From the NCBI GenBank assembly GCA_024405635.1, contig JAKSOL010000003.1, positions 32,001 to 96,000 of the forward strand: 64,000 nt of DNA. Reading direction: 5' to 3'. A program made the position numbers and the translations under genes. Below the pieces are notes generated by a model. It was not told where the DNA came from. It saw nothing but the letters and a program-made list of their open reading frames with translations, and searched no databases. Origin of the DNA: Salinivirgaceae bacterium. Lineage in GTDB: Bacteria > Bacteroidota > Bacteroidia > Bacteroidales > SZUA-534. Each line of letters begins with the position of its first letter. Position 1 is the stretch's first letter. Shown here in pieces: positions 47,478 through 59,750 of this stretch.

Positions 47478-47495
47478 TTCAATATCAATTCAAAT

Positions 47496-47534
47496 AAAAA
47501 GAGCCGTTGTGCAAAAGCGCAGCGGCTTTTTTTT
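47496..47534 (+). terminator. Intrinsic terminator after leuB
   Basis: gagccgttgtgc-aaaa-gcgcagcggctt followed by a T-run. Confidence 0.75.
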
Positions 47535-47630
47535 ATGCAAAAACTTATCAAAAATGAATCGCCAATGCCTAACGTTGGGGTTTGATAATTTCAAAAGAGT
47601 TCTATCTTTGTGCAAATTTTGATAAGTCTA

Positions 47631-47921
47631 ATGGAACAACTACAACTTTTAGGAGGTTTTAAGCAAAAATTTGAGCAGTTTGTAGAACTGTATCAATCGC
47701 TAAAATCTGAGAATAAAAGTCTTAAGGAGGAAAATATTAGACTAAAAAATGCTTTGTCTGCCAAAGAGTCTGAATTAGAACAGACTAAAAAACAGCAGGA
47801 ATTGAATCAAATGGCTGGCATTTTTACGGCTGCTAACGGAGGAAATAAGTTAGAGGCAAAAAACAAAATTGCCAGACTAGTGCGGGAGATTGATAATTGC
47901 ATTGCTTTGCTCAACAGATAG
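47631..47921 (+). CDS. ZapB-like coiled-coil protein
   Basis: Coiled coil ending in LVREIDNCIALL, directly upstream of zapA. Confidence 0.75.
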   Translation: MEQLQLLGGFKQKFEQFVELYQSLKSENKSLKEENIRLKNALSAKESELEQTKKQQELNQMAGIFTAANGGNKLEAKNKIARLVREIDNCIALLNR

Positions 47922-47929
47922 GACTTAAT

Positions 47930-48250
47930 ATGGACTCTGTAAATAAACAACGGATAAATATTGCGATTGCAGATAGAACTTACCCTCTGCAAATCGATCC
48001 AGCTGATGAGGAAAGAATTAGAAAGGCAGCAAAAAAGATAAACGAGACAATCGCTCAATATCAGGAAAGGAAGTACAGTACCAAAGACATTCAAGATTAT
48101 TTGGCTATGGTGGCTTTGCAGTATGCGTCAAAACTATTGGCATCAAATGGTGACAAATCATCAGATAACCAACTTTCCGAAGAAATTGGAGATGTTGATA
48201 AAATGTTGACTGACTTGCTTTTGCAAGCACGACAAGAAGGTTCTATTTAA
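47930..48250 (+). CDS. zapA: Cell division protein ZapA
   Basis: IADRTYPL, EERIRKAA, QDYLAMVAL. Confidence 0.9.
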   Translation: MDSVNKQRINIAIADRTYPLQIDPADEERIRKAAKKINETIAQYQERKYSTKDIQDYLAMVALQYASKLLASNGDKSSDNQLSEEIGDVDKMLTDLLLQARQEGSI

Positions 48251-48261
48251 TAGCAAAACAC

Positions 48262-48459
48262 AACCCGCATCGGTTTTGTATAGATTGGGAAACTCAACAC
48301 TAAAATTTTTAAGAAGTTAGTGTTAGTGTTTATGTAAGACAGGCCTCACCATCGAAAGATGGGTTCCGTTTTTTGGAACCAGTGGAAGTAAGAATTAAGC
48401 AACACGGCTTCGCCCATGTTTTTACAGGGGTTTCCTCAATACACACACCGTTGCGGGTT
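48262..48459 (+). ncRNA. ssrS: Probable 6S RNA
   Basis: ~198 nt closed by aacccgca/tgcgggtt; inner pairings cggt/accg, attg..gaaac/gtttc..caat; sits between zapA and rny. Confidence 0.75.
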
Positions 48460-48487
48460 TTTTATTTATATACTAAAACACAAACAA

Positions 48488-50032
48488 ATGGAGAACTTAC
48501 AAGTAATTGTAATTGTAGCCGCCATTGCTGCCATAGTAGGTGGATTGGTGGTGTTCACCCTCTCAAAATTAGGGTTGAACAAAAAGGCTAAAAAAATAAT
48601 TGAAGATGCTGAGGCTGAAGCTGATATGCTCATTAAAGAAAAAAATCTTCAAGCGAAGGAAAAATTGCTTCAACTTAAGTCGGAACAAGAAAAGGCAATG
48701 AACGAGCGTAATAGCAAGATTGCAGCAAACGAAACTCGCTTAAAACAAAAAGAAGCAGGCCTAAACCAAAAAATTGAGGAGTATAACCGCAAGAAAAAAG
48801 AGGTTGACGGCATGAAAGACAGCCTAACTGCTCAAAAAGAGATGCTTGAAAAGAAAAGTGAAGAACTTGATAAAATTAACAAGCAACGTGTCGAGCAATT
48901 AGTGGCAATTTCAGGTTTGTCGGTTGATGAGGCTAAAAACCAATTGATGGACTCGTTGAAAGACGAGGCTCGCACACAAGCAATGTCAGAGATTAACGAA
49001 ATTCTTGACGAGGCTAAACTTACCGCAAATAAAGAAGCAAAGCGCATCGTTCTTCAAACAATTCAACGCGTTGCATCAGAACATACAATCGAAAATTCAG
49101 TAACAGTTTTCCATATTGATAATGACGATGTTAAAGGTCGCATTATTGGTCGTGAAGGACGTAATATTCGTGCTCTTGAGGCTGCTACAGGTGTTGAAAT
49201 TATTGTTGACGACACTCCAGAGGCTATCATTCTTTCGGCTTTTGACCCAGTTCGCCGCGAGGTGGCACGTTTGGCATTGCACCAACTTGTAACCGATGGT
49301 CGTATCCACCCTGCACGCATTGAGGAGGTGGTAGCTAAAACCCAAAAAATGGTTGAAGAGGAAATGATTGAAACCGGTAAACGCACCACAATCGATCTTG
49401 GAATACATGGTCTTCATCCAGAACTTATTCGTTTGATTGGTAAGATGAAATACCGTTCATCGTACGGTCAAAACTTGTTGCAACACTCGCGTGAGGTTGC
49501 TAACCTTGCTGCCATTATGGCATCGGAACTTGGTTTGAATCCAAAACTAGCAAAACGTGCAGGCTTGTTGCACGATATTGGTAAAGTGCCTGATGACGAA
49601 CCAGAGTTGCCACATGCAATTCTTGGTATGCAGTTGGCTGAAAAGTATAAAGAGAAACCAGAAGTTTGCAACGCTATTGGTGCTCACCACGATGAGGTTG
49701 AGATGAATTCACTTATTTCGCCTATAGTTCAAGTTTGTGATGCTATTTCAGGAGCTCGTCCAGGTGCTCGTCGCGAGGTAGTTGAGTCTTACATTAAACG
49801 CTTGAAAGAACTTGAGGATTTGGCTCTTTCGTATCCAGGTGTGCTTAAAACATACGCTATTCAAGCAGGTCGTGAATTGCGCGTGATAGTTGGTAGCGAG
49901 AAAGTTAGCGATGCTGATGCAGAAACACTTTCGTACGATATTGCTAAGAAAATTCAAGACGAAATGACTTATCCTGGTCAAATTCGTATTACAGTTATTC
50001 GCGAAACTCGTGCTGTTAGTTTCGCAAAATAA
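48488..50032 (+). CDS. rny: Ribonuclease Y
   Basis: N-terminal TM, coiled coil, KH ([12 protein letters not shown]), HD (LLHDIGK). Confidence 0.97.
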   Translation: MENLQVIVIVAAIAAIVGGLVVFTLSKLGLNKKAKKIIEDAEAEADMLIKEKNLQAKEKLLQLKSEQEKAMNERNSKIAANETRLKQKEAGLNQKIEEYNRKKKEVDGMKDSLTAQKEMLEKKSEELDKINKQRVEQLVAISGLSVDEAKNQLMDSLKDEARTQAMSEINEILDEAKLTANKEAKRIVLQTIQRVASEHTIENSVTVFHIDNDDVKGRIIGREGRNIRALEAATGVEIIVDDTPEAIILSAFDPVRREVARLALHQLVTDGRIHPARIEEVVAKTQKMVEEEMIETGKRTTIDLGIHGLHPELIRLIGKMKYRSSYGQNLLQHSREVANLAAIMASELGLNPKLAKRAGLLHDIGKVPDDEPELPHAILGMQLAEKYKEKPEVCNAIGAHHDEVEMNSLISPIVQVCDAISGARPGARREVVESYIKRLKELEDLALSYPGVLKTYAIQAGRELRVIVGSEKVSDADAETLSYDIAKKIQDEMTYPGQIRITVIRETRAVSFAK

Positions 50033-50058
50033 TGGTGATAAAAGCAGACAAGATAAAG

Positions 50059-50091
50059 TAGAGCCGATGTTTTTCGGCTCTATTTTTTTTT
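50059..50091 (+). terminator. Intrinsic terminator after rny
   Basis: tagagccga...tcggctcta followed by a T-run. Confidence 0.75.
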
Positions 50092-50132
50092 ATCCAATAC
50101 ACTAAATTTTGGTAATTTAGTTCAGTAAAAAA

Positions 50133-51268
50133 ATGCCTATGCGACCTTTATCAATGGTTGACTTAAAAAGTCAATACAAAAACATAAAAACTGAGATTGA
50201 TGCAGCTATTCAAGGCGTTATTGATTCGTCTCAATTTATTAAAGGTCAAGATGTTACATTGCTTCAGTCTGAGCTGGCTTCGTATCTTGGAGTTAAACAT
50301 GTTATAGCCTGTGGTAACGGAACCGATGCATTGCAGATAGCTCTTATGGCGCTTGGCCTAAAACCTGGCGATGAGGTTATTACTACCGATTTTACTTTTA
50401 TAGCAACTGTTGAGGTTGTTGCACTTCTTGGACTTAAACCTGTTTTGGTTGATGTAGACCCTAAAACTTTTTGCATCAATGCAGATAAAATTGAAGAAAA
50501 GATAACTCCACAAACAAAAGCAATAGTTCCTGTTCATCTTTTTGGGCAGTGTGCTGATATGCAGAAGATTATGGATATAGCAAATCGCCATAATTTGTTT
50601 GTGGTTGAGGATACTGCGCAAGCTCTTGGGGCCGATTTTTCTTTTGATGATGGTAAAAAGTTGAAAGCAGGTACTATTGGTCATGTGGGCTGTACATCGT
50701 TTTTTCCATCAAAAAACCTTGGTTGTTACGGCGATGGAGGAGCTTTGTTTACCAATAATGATGAAATAGCAGAGCAAATACGATACATATCAAATCACGG
50801 AATGAAAGTTCGTTATCACCATGATATGATTGGCGTGAATTCTCGTCTTGATACAATTCAAGCTGCAATATTGCGTGTAAAATTGCCACGTCTTGATTCG
50901 TATAATAAGGCTCGACAAGAGGCTGCTGCTAAATATAACATAGAGTTAGAAAATGTTGAAGGTGTTGTAACTCCTTCAAAAATAGATAGTTCAAGTCATA
51001 TATATCATCAATATACTTTGCTTGTTAAAGATGGCCGTCGAAACGATTTGAAGAAATTCCTTGACGAAAAAGGAATTCCATGCATGATATATTATCCTAT
51101 ACCTATTCATCAGCAAAAGGCATTTGCTCCATATGTTGACGAAAATGAAATGTTTTCAGTGTCGCAACAACTAGCCGACGAAGTTTTGTCGTTGCCTATG
51201 CACACAGAACTTGACGATGAACAAATTTCGGTAATAACTACTGCTGTTAAATCATTTTTTCAAAAGCA

Positions 51269-51272
<4 letters not shown>
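50133..51272 (+). CDS. DegT/DnrJ aminotransferase (WbpE-like)
   Basis: [31 protein letters not shown]. Confidence 0.92.
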
Positions 51273-52788
<1,516 letters not shown>

Positions 52789-52793
52789 AATAT

Positions 52794-53666
52794 ATGAAAG
52801 GAATAATTCTAGCAGGAGGTAGCGGCACTCGTCTTTATCCAATAACAAAAGGAGTGTCAAAACAAATGTTGCCGATATACGATAAACCGATGATTTACTA
52901 TCCGTTGTCGGTTTTAATGTTGGCTGGAATAAACGAGATACTTGTTATTTCGACACCTCAAGATTTGCCAGGATTTAAACGTTTGCTTGGCGATGGTAGC
53001 AATTGGGGCATAAAACTAGAATATGCTGAGCAACCTTCGCCCGATGGTTTGGCGCAAGCATTTATCATTGGTGAAAAATTCATAGGAAACGATTCGGTTT
53101 GTCTTATCCTTGGCGATAATATTTTCTATGGTCATGGTTTGCCAGAAAAACTTAAGGATGCTCGTTGGAATGTGGAACAAAACGGTGATGCTACTGTTTT
53201 TGGTTACTATGTGAATGACCCTGAACGTTATGGTGTTGCTGAATTTGATGCCAATGGAAAAGTTATTTCAATTGAAGAAAAACCGTTGCAACCAAAATCA
53301 AACTATGCAGTTGTAGGACTTTATTTCTATCCAAATTCGGTGGTTCAGATAGCCAAAACAATTAAACCTTCGGCTCGTGGCGAATTGGAAATAACAACCG
53401 TTAATCAAGAATATTTGCAATCGGGCAAATTGTCGCTTGAACTTATGGGCCGTGGATTTGCATGGCTCGATACAGGAACATACGAGAGTTTGATTGAGGC
53501 TAGCAATTTTGTTGAGACTTTGCAAAAACGTACAGGACTTATGGTGAGTTGTCCCGAAGAAATTGCCTATAAATCGGGCTTGATTGGAAAAGATAAACTT
53601 GCCGAACTTGCTGCTCCAATGCTTAAAAACGACTATGGTAAGTATTTGATGAAACTTATCAAGTGA
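52794..53666 (+). CDS. rfbA: Glucose-1-phosphate thymidylyltransferase
   Basis: [35 protein letters not shown]. Confidence 0.97.
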   Translation: MKGIILAGGSGTRLYPITKGVSKQMLPIYDKPMIYYPLSVLMLAGINEILVISTPQDLPGFKRLLGDGSNWGIKLEYAEQPSPDGLAQAFIIGEKFIGNDSVCLILGDNIFYGHGLPEKLKDARWNVEQNGDATVFGYYVNDPERYGVAEFDANGKVISIEEKPLQPKSNYAVVGLYFYPNSVVQIAKTIKPSARGELEITTVNQEYLQSGKLSLELMGRGFAWLDTGTYESLIEASNFVETLQKRTGLMVSCPEEIAYKSGLIGKDKLAELAAPMLKNDYGKYLMKLIK

Positions 53667-53686
53667 TTGTAAATAAAACAATTGGT

Positions 53687-54253
53687 ATGAAAATTATTGA
53701 TACTGAAATAGCCGAAGTTAAAATTCTAGAGCCGACAGTATTTGCCGACAATCGCGGCTACTTTTTTGAGAGTTTTCGTGATAACGAATTTTGCGAGCAA
53801 GTATGCAAAACAAAATTTGTTCAAGAAAATGAATCATCATCAAGTAAAGGTGTACTACGTGGGTTGCACTATCAAAGTGGCATGCATTCGCAAGCAAAAT
53901 TGGTGCGAGTTGTAGTAGGCGAGGTGTTTGATGTGGCTGTTGATATTCGCAAAGGTTCTCCAACATTTGGCAAATATGTTGGCGTAGTCCTTTCTGCCGA
54001 AAATAAACGACAATTCTTTATTCCTCGCGGATTTGCCCATGGCTTTATGGTGTTGAGTAACACTGCAGTGTTTACATACAAGTGTGACAATTATTACAAT
54101 AAAGCTAGCGAGCGTAGCATAATATATAACGACCCTACACTTAACATTGAGTGGCCTAAGTGCGACAATGTTATTTTGTCAGAAAAAGATACGGCTGGTA
54201 AGCAACTTGCCGATGCAGATTTGTTTAACTATTCAGATAAATTATATGAGTGA
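53687..54253 (+). CDS. rfbC: dTDP-4-dehydrorhamnose 3,5-epimerase
   Basis: DNRGYFFE, GVLRGLHYQ, PRGFAHGF. Confidence 0.96.
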   Translation: MKIIDTEIAEVKILEPTVFADNRGYFFESFRDNEFCEQVCKTKFVQENESSSSKGVLRGLHYQSGMHSQAKLVRVVVGEVFDVAVDIRKGSPTFGKYVGVVLSAENKRQFFIPRGFAHGFMVLSNTAVFTYKCDNYYNKASERSIIYNDPTLNIEWPKCDNVILSEKDTAGKQLADADLFNYSDKLYE

Positions 54254-55259
54254 ATCAATTTTAGTAACAGGTGGAGCGGGATTTATCGGCTCTAATTTTA
54301 TTCCTTATTTTATAGAGGAACATCCTGAATATCATATCATAAACCTCGATAAACTAACTTATGCAGGCAATGTTGAAAACCTTGCCGACGTTGAGCATAA
54401 TCCAAATTATACCTTTGTTAAAGGTGATATTTGCAACCGTGAATTGGTTGAATTCCTTTTCAAAACATATCACATTCGTGGAGTAATTCATTTTGCAGCC
54501 GAATCGCATGTCGATAATTCAATTAATGGTCCCGAAGTGTTTATTCAAACAAACATCAACGGAACATTTACATTGCTCGACGTTGCCCGAAAATTTTGGA
54601 TGGAAGCTCCATTTAAGTATAAAAAAGACTTTGAAGGTTGTCGTTTTCATCACATTTCAACCGACGAGGTTTATGGAACTTTAGGCGCTGAAGGTTTGTT
54701 TACCGAAACAACACCATACGCACCAAACAGTCCGTATTCGGCAGCAAAAGCTAGTTCAGATTTAATAGTTAGAGCATATCACCATACATACGGAATGAAT
54801 GTTACAACTAGCAATTGCTCAAATAATTACGGGCCAAAACAGCACAACGAAAAACTAATTCCTACCATAATACGTAAAGCATTGGCAGGTGAAAACATAC
54901 CAATTTATGGCGACGGAAAAAATATTCGTGATTGGTTGTATGTGCTTGATCATTGTAAAGGAATTGACCTTGTGTATCATCGAGGAAAAGCGGGCGAGAC
55001 CTACAATGTAGGAGGCAGAAATGAGCGAACAAACCTTGAAATTGTTGATACTATCTGTGGTTTGTTAGATGCTATGCGTCCACGTCAAGATGGAAAATCG
55101 TATAAAGAACAGATAACTTTTGTTCAAGATCGCGCAGGTCATGATCGCCGTTATGCAATTGATGCAACTAAACTTGAAACAGAGCTACGTTGGCGTGCCG
55201 ATGAGAATTTTGATAGCGGCATTATGAAGACCATCAAATGGTATATGAATAAATTCTAA
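54246..55259 (+). CDS. rfbB: dTDP-glucose 4,6-dehydratase
   Basis: TGGAGFIG, HFAAESHVD, STDEVYG, YSAAK, GHDRRYAID. Confidence 0.97.
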   Translation: MSESILVTGGAGFIGSNFIPYFIEEHPEYHIINLDKLTYAGNVENLADVEHNPNYTFVKGDICNRELVEFLFKTYHIRGVIHFAAESHVDNSINGPEVFIQTNINGTFTLLDVARKFWMEAPFKYKKDFEGCRFHHISTDEVYGTLGAEGLFTETTPYAPNSPYSAAKASSDLIVRAYHHTYGMNVTTSNCSNNYGPKQHNEKLIPTIIRKALAGENIPIYGDGKNIRDWLYVLDHCKGIDLVYHRGKAGETYNVGGRNERTNLEIVDTICGLLDAMRPRQDGKSYKEQITFVQDRAGHDRRYAIDATKLETELRWRADENFDSGIMKTIKWYMNKF

Positions 55260-55278
55260 TAAAAGGTAATATTATCGT

Positions 55279-55313
55279 AAACGAGTCCTTGCTATTAGCA
55301 AGGGCTCGTTTTT
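55279..55313 (+). terminator. Intrinsic terminator after rfbB
   Basis: aaacgagtccttgct-att-agcaagggctcgttt followed by T's. Confidence 0.8.
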
Positions 55314-55377
55314 CTTTTTTGGGAAAAATCAATAATATTGGAAATGTTTTGTAATTCAACCAATTAATAATATTTAT

Positions 55378-56553
55378 ATGGAAAATTTCTCTTTCTATTC
55401 ACCAACTTTTTTTGAGTTTGGAAAAGATGCCGAAAACAATGCAGGTTCTTTAGTAAAACGCTTTGGCGGTTCAAAGGTGCTAATTCACTATGGAGGTGGA
55501 AGTGTTGTACGTTCGGGCTTGCTCGATAGAGTTAAAGCTTCGCTTAAGGCATCAAATGTTCAGTTTGTTGAACTTGGTGGAGTTAAACCAAATCCTCGTA
55601 GTGGACTAGTTTACGAAGGTATTGAACTTTGCAAAAAGGAAAATGTTGACTTTATTCTTGCTGTTGGAGGAGGAAGTACAATCGATTCGTCAAAAGCTAT
55701 AGCAGCAGGTGTGGTTTACGATGGCGATTTTTGGGACTTTTATATGGGAAAAACAATTGAGCAAGCTTTGCCTGTTGGAACAATATTAACAATAGCCGCA
55801 GCCGGAAGCGAGGGTAGTCCAGATTCTGTTATCACAAAAGAGGAAGGCATGTTTAAACGCGGAGCAAGTGGTGATGCTATTCGTCCTCGTTTTAGCATAC
55901 TGAATCCTGCTTTAACTCAAACATTGCCTGCTTATCAAACAGCATGTGGCATTACCGACATAATGGCTCATTTGTATGAACGATATTTGACTAATTCTAC
56001 TGAAGTTGAAGTAACCGATCGTATGATTGAGGCTTTAATGCTCACTTTGGTTCATGAAGGTCCTCGTGTTATTGAAAATCCAAATAATTATGAGGCTCGT
56101 GCTAATATTTTATGGGCAGGCATGATGGCTCACAACAACGCATGTGGAGTAGGCCGTAGCCAAGATTGGAATAGCCATAATATTGAGCACGAATTGTCAG
56201 CGACTTACGATTGTGCACACGGAGCTGGTTTGGCAGTAACAATGCCTGCTGTATTTACTTATGTAATGAACCACAATGTTATGCGTTTTGCTCAAGTTGC
56301 AGTGCGTGTTTGGGGTTGCCAAATGGATTTTGAACACCCAGAGGTAACTGCAAAAGCTGGTATAAAATGCTTGCAAAACTTTTTAATAGCATTAGGTATG
56401 CCAAAGAATTTTGCGGAACTTGGTGCTAATGAAAAAGATATACCGCAATTGGTAAATACTCTATGCTATGGCGATGGTCGCACAGGTTCAATTTCTGGTT
56501 TTGTAACATTGAATACCGACGATTGTACAAATATCTATAAACTGATGCTTTAG
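55378..56553 (+). CDS. Iron-containing alcohol (butanol) dehydrogenase
   Basis: YGGGS, AVGGGS.ID, HNIEHELS...HGAGLA. Confidence 0.93.
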   Translation: MENFSFYSPTFFEFGKDAENNAGSLVKRFGGSKVLIHYGGGSVVRSGLLDRVKASLKASNVQFVELGGVKPNPRSGLVYEGIELCKKENVDFILAVGGGSTIDSSKAIAAGVVYDGDFWDFYMGKTIEQALPVGTILTIAAAGSEGSPDSVITKEEGMFKRGASGDAIRPRFSILNPALTQTLPAYQTACGITDIMAHLYERYLTNSTEVEVTDRMIEALMLTLVHEGPRVIENPNNYEARANILWAGMMAHNNACGVGRSQDWNSHNIEHELSATYDCAHGAGLAVTMPAVFTYVMNHNVMRFAQVAVRVWGCQMDFEHPEVTAKAGIKCLQNFLIALGMPKNFAELGANEKDIPQLVNTLCYGDGRTGSISGFVTLNTDDCTNIYKLML

Positions 56554-56568
56554 ATAAGATAATAGCAG

Positions 56569-56673
56569 AAAAGGCGTTACCAATGTTGGTAGCGCCTTTT
56601 TGTTTGCAATAAATGATTAAGGAATTGTATGTACAAAGCAAAAAAAAACGCATCAGTTTCTGATGCGTTTTTT
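56569..56673. terminator. Two intrinsic terminator hairpins between convergent genes
   Basis: aaaaggcgttacca/tggtagcgcctttt and aaaaacgcatcag/ctgatgcgttttt. Confidence 0.75.
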
Positions 56674-56695
56674 ATATGAATAACCTATAATATTA

Positions 56696-57433
56696 TTATT
56701 CAAGAGGTTCTTCGTCTTCGGTGTAGCCAGTAGCACGATAACCAGATACTCGATAATAGATATCTTCTGCATAGTCATCGTTGTATTTAATGTAGAAGAT
56801 AATAGAGTCGGTTTTAATACCTGAAACAGGAGAAGTAGCAGCGCCTTTCAAAATTTTGCCACCAAGAACAACAACGCCTTCATCTGTTCCGTATGAAGAA
56901 CTGATGGTTTCAGTTTTTCCGCCGTCCATTTCAACTTCGTAGGCCAAGTCATCGCTTAATTGACCAGAGCAGTCAAATGTCATTTTACTTGAGTTTACAA
57001 TGCAACGGGTTTTAGTTCCCCAAAAATTGTCTTCAAGCCACAAATCGGTTTTGTTGTTGTCGGCTGTGTTATATGTTTGGAACATAATGGTTCCTACACC
57101 ATATTCGTCTTCCCATCTCTTAGCATAATCATCCGATTCAAGGTCTTGCAAATCAACAACACCATCTCCATTTACGTCTGGGTTATAGAATCCGTAGCCC
57201 TCTTTGGCACATTCAGGGTCGGCAGCAATTTCGGCAACGGTTTCAAAAATTTCTTCGCCTATTAAGTATTGAGGGAACCAATAAGCGGCGTTACATTCAA
57301 CAGTACACATCCATGTTCCGCACATGTTTTGTAGCGCAACGCCTTCTACTTCAAAGTCGCCACCAAACTTGCCTTCTTTGCAAGAGGTGAAAGCAAATGC
57401 GGCTGCAATAGCAATGAATAATATCTTTTTCAT
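56696..57433 (-). CDS. BT2261-like 'lipid-binding' surface lipoprotein
   Basis: Lipobox FTSC, TYNTAD, GKIL.GAA, DSIIF, SGYRATG. Confidence 0.8.
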   Translation of the reverse strand: MKKILFIAIAAAFAFTSCKEGKFGGDFEVEGVALQNMCGTWMCTVECNAAYWFPQYLIGEEIFETVAEIAADPECAKEGYGFYNPDVNGDGVVDLQDLESDDYAKRWEDEYGVGTIMFQTYNTADNNKTDLWLEDNFWGTKTRCIVNSSKMTFDCSGQLSDDLAYEVEMDGGKTETISSSYGTDEGVVVLGGKILKGAATSPVSGIKTDSIIFYIKYNDDYAEDIYYRVSGYRATGYTEDEEPLE

Positions 57434-57455
57434 GTTTCTTGTGTTTTTAATTTAG

Positions 57456-58181
57456 TTATTCAACCTTGTCGGCAGTAACGTTGAATATCATACCTTCAAC
57501 GTATTCGGCAACCCATTGTGCTGAAGTAGTTCCAGATACTTGGGTGAATTTGGCCTCGGTAAAACCGACCAATTCGTCTGCCCAACCGCCTACCATTTTA
57601 TTGTAGGTAAGGTTAATGGTTCCATCGTTGGCAATTTCAAATTTGCCTGCAATACAATATTCTTCTCCATAACCAGCACGTTGCCAATACCAACCACCTA
57701 GTAAATCGTTGATTGAATATGTGCCGTCGCCTTGATTTATAATTATCAAAGGCTCCTCAACATATTCTTTGGCATTGTATATGACAGTTTCGCCACCGCT
57801 TAAACGATAACTCTCATTTGTGCGTACATTGTAAATACCTGCATATTGATCAGCAGGATCTTTAACTAGAACATAGCGCGATGCTGATGCCGAAAATCCG
57901 TCTTCATTAACAACGGTATATGTAAGAGTGTACATGCCACTTTCTTCGGTATCAACTTCTCCTTTAACTATAACCATGTCGCTAACATCTTTACCTTTCA
58001 TAGTGGCAGTTACTCCTGGGTCAACAAAATCTTCGCCAAGAGTTGCATACATATATTGGTCACCGTTCAAATCTACTTGTGCGTAGTATGTTATTTTGGT
58101 AAGTCCAGTTTCGGGCTCCTCACAACTTGCAGCAACAAATAGTACAAGGCTTATTGCTATTAGTTTAAGTATGTTTTTCAT
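57456..58181 (-). CDS. BT2262-like Ig-fold lipoprotein (DUF5011/DUF5012)
   Basis: Lipobox AASC, T.ITYY, DPGVTA, YTLTY..VNEDG. Confidence 0.82.
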   Translation of the reverse strand: MKNILKLIAISLVLFVAASCEEPETGLTKITYYAQVDLNGDQYMYATLGEDFVDPGVTATMKGKDVSDMVIVKGEVDTEESGMYTLTYTVVNEDGFSASASRYVLVKDPADQYAGIYNVRTNESYRLSGGETVIYNAKEYVEEPLIIINQGDGTYSINDLLGGWYWQRAGYGEEYCIAGKFEIANDGTINLTYNKMVGGWADELVGFTEAKFTQVSGTTSAQWVAEYVEGMIFNVTADKVE

Positions 58182-58207
58182 AATCAATTTTCAATTAAGA
58201 TTAAACA

Positions 58208-59731
58208 TTATTTAGCAGCCCAAAATACAGGAACAGTAGGCTCTTTGGTAGCAGGAGCATTGCTATTGTATTGTTTTGAGTCTGATGCGTAATCAAAGCG
58301 TTGAGCAAGTTTGCCTACGCCAACTTTTGGCTCTACATTTTTTGGAGTGTAAAGAGTTCCAATTTGGTAGTCAACTGCAACTTCTCTCCATTCTGAAACA
58401 TCTTTAAGTGGTGTTTTGTAGTCAATGAAGGTGTTGCTTTTTTCATCTTTTTCGAAAGTTGGATAACCCAAACGGCGAACTTCGCACCATGCCTCAAAAC
58501 CATTCATTACGGTACCAAGAATAATCCATTTTTGGATGCCAATCGATTGAATAGCATTTGAGCTATCAAATTTGTATGAAGCAAGGACTTTATCAACTGC
58601 GGTGCAACCGCACAAGTCGCAGTTTGATTCAATAGCTGCGTTGTAGTATTCTTCGGCTTTGGTCATGTTGCTTGCCATTGTTGCATAATACTCTGCAATA
58701 AATAAATCAATTTCAGCAAGTGTCATAATCCAAATAGGTTGGTTAAATCGGTACTTAGGCTGAGCAAAATCCGATGTTTTAGAACCTGGCATTTCGGTTG
58801 AAAGGTTTGTTCCTGAAATTGAACCAATCATTCCATGTGCACCTTTTTCGTAATTGTAATACAAACGAGTGTCACTTTCGCATTGAGCAACTGTTGCAGT
58901 AAGTGCATAGTTTGGAGTAATGTCGCTTGTCGTTATTTCTTTCTTTTCAGCGTACAATGGAGACCAAGAACCTTTAGCATCACTCCAACATTTGTCAAAG
59001 CCAACGTTGGTTGTTGGGAAGTTATCTTCAGCAATCAAGGCTTCAACTTTACTTTTAACGTCAACCACTGCACTTTCGCGCATATATAGTTTAAGTAACA
59101 CGGCATTGGCAAATTGAATCCAAGGTTCAGCTTTTGTATTTGATGCTTTGTCAACACTGCTGAAAAGGAAATTGTTGCACACATTATCGTAAGCTGAAGC
59201 ATTAGCTTTAGCTGTTTCGAGTTTTTCAATAATGTCTGCATAAATGTCTTTGCCGTCATCGTATTTTGGTTGTGTGTTTGTTGCGTCAAATGCCTCAGAA
59301 TAAGGAATTTCGCCGTAAGCATCAACCAAAATTTGGAAAGTGTATGCTTTTAATGTAGCACAAGCTAACAATGTTCCAGTTTCATCTTCTTTTGTTTGTT
59401 TTTCAATTACATCAAGTTGAGCAAGAACTCTGGCAAATAATTGTGAGTATGATCTTGTTGTATTGGTTGCTGAAAATTGGAATTGTGAGTAGTTCAAGTA
59501 GTTTGAGCATCCTGCATTTTGAGAATAGATTTCAGCCGCATAACCACCATTAATATTGAAACCTACGCCCATTGTGGCTGCTAGGTTGACTTCAGCAGTT
59601 GGGAAAATAAAGTCGTTGCCCACCTCGGTGATGGCATTTGGATCTTGGTTAATGTCAAGATAGTCTTTACAACTAACCATTGTTAATGCTGTTAAAACAG
59701 CAGCAAAAGTCAATATCTTATTCATTTTCAT
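58208..59731 (-). CDS. SusD/RagB family lipoprotein
   Basis: MVSC..YLDINQDPN, LVDAYGEIPYSEA, QKW, EAWCEVRR, VFWA. Confidence 0.93.
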   Translation of the reverse strand: MKMNKILTFAAVLTALTMVSCKDYLDINQDPNAITEVGNDFIFPTAEVNLAATMGVGFNINGGYAAEIYSQNAGCSNYLNYSQFQFSATNTTRSYSQLFARVLAQLDVIEKQTKEDETGTLLACATLKAYTFQILVDAYGEIPYSEAFDATNTQPKYDDGKDIYADIIEKLETAKANASAYDNVCNNFLFSSVDKASNTKAEPWIQFANAVLLKLYMRESAVVDVKSKVEALIAEDNFPTTNVGFDKCWSDAKGSWSPLYAEKKEITTSDITPNYALTATVAQCESDTRLYYNYEKGAHGMIGSISGTNLSTEMPGSKTSDFAQPKYRFNQPIWIMTLAEIDLFIAEYYATMASNMTKAEEYYNAAIESNCDLCGCTAVDKVLASYKFDSSNAIQSIGIQKWIILGTVMNGFEAWCEVRRLGYPTFEKDEKSNTFIDYKTPLKDVSEWREVAVDYQIGTLYTPKNVEPKVGVGKLAQRFDYASDSKQYNSNAPATKEPTVPVFWAAK

Positions 59732-59750
59732 AATTGTAGAATTTTAATGT

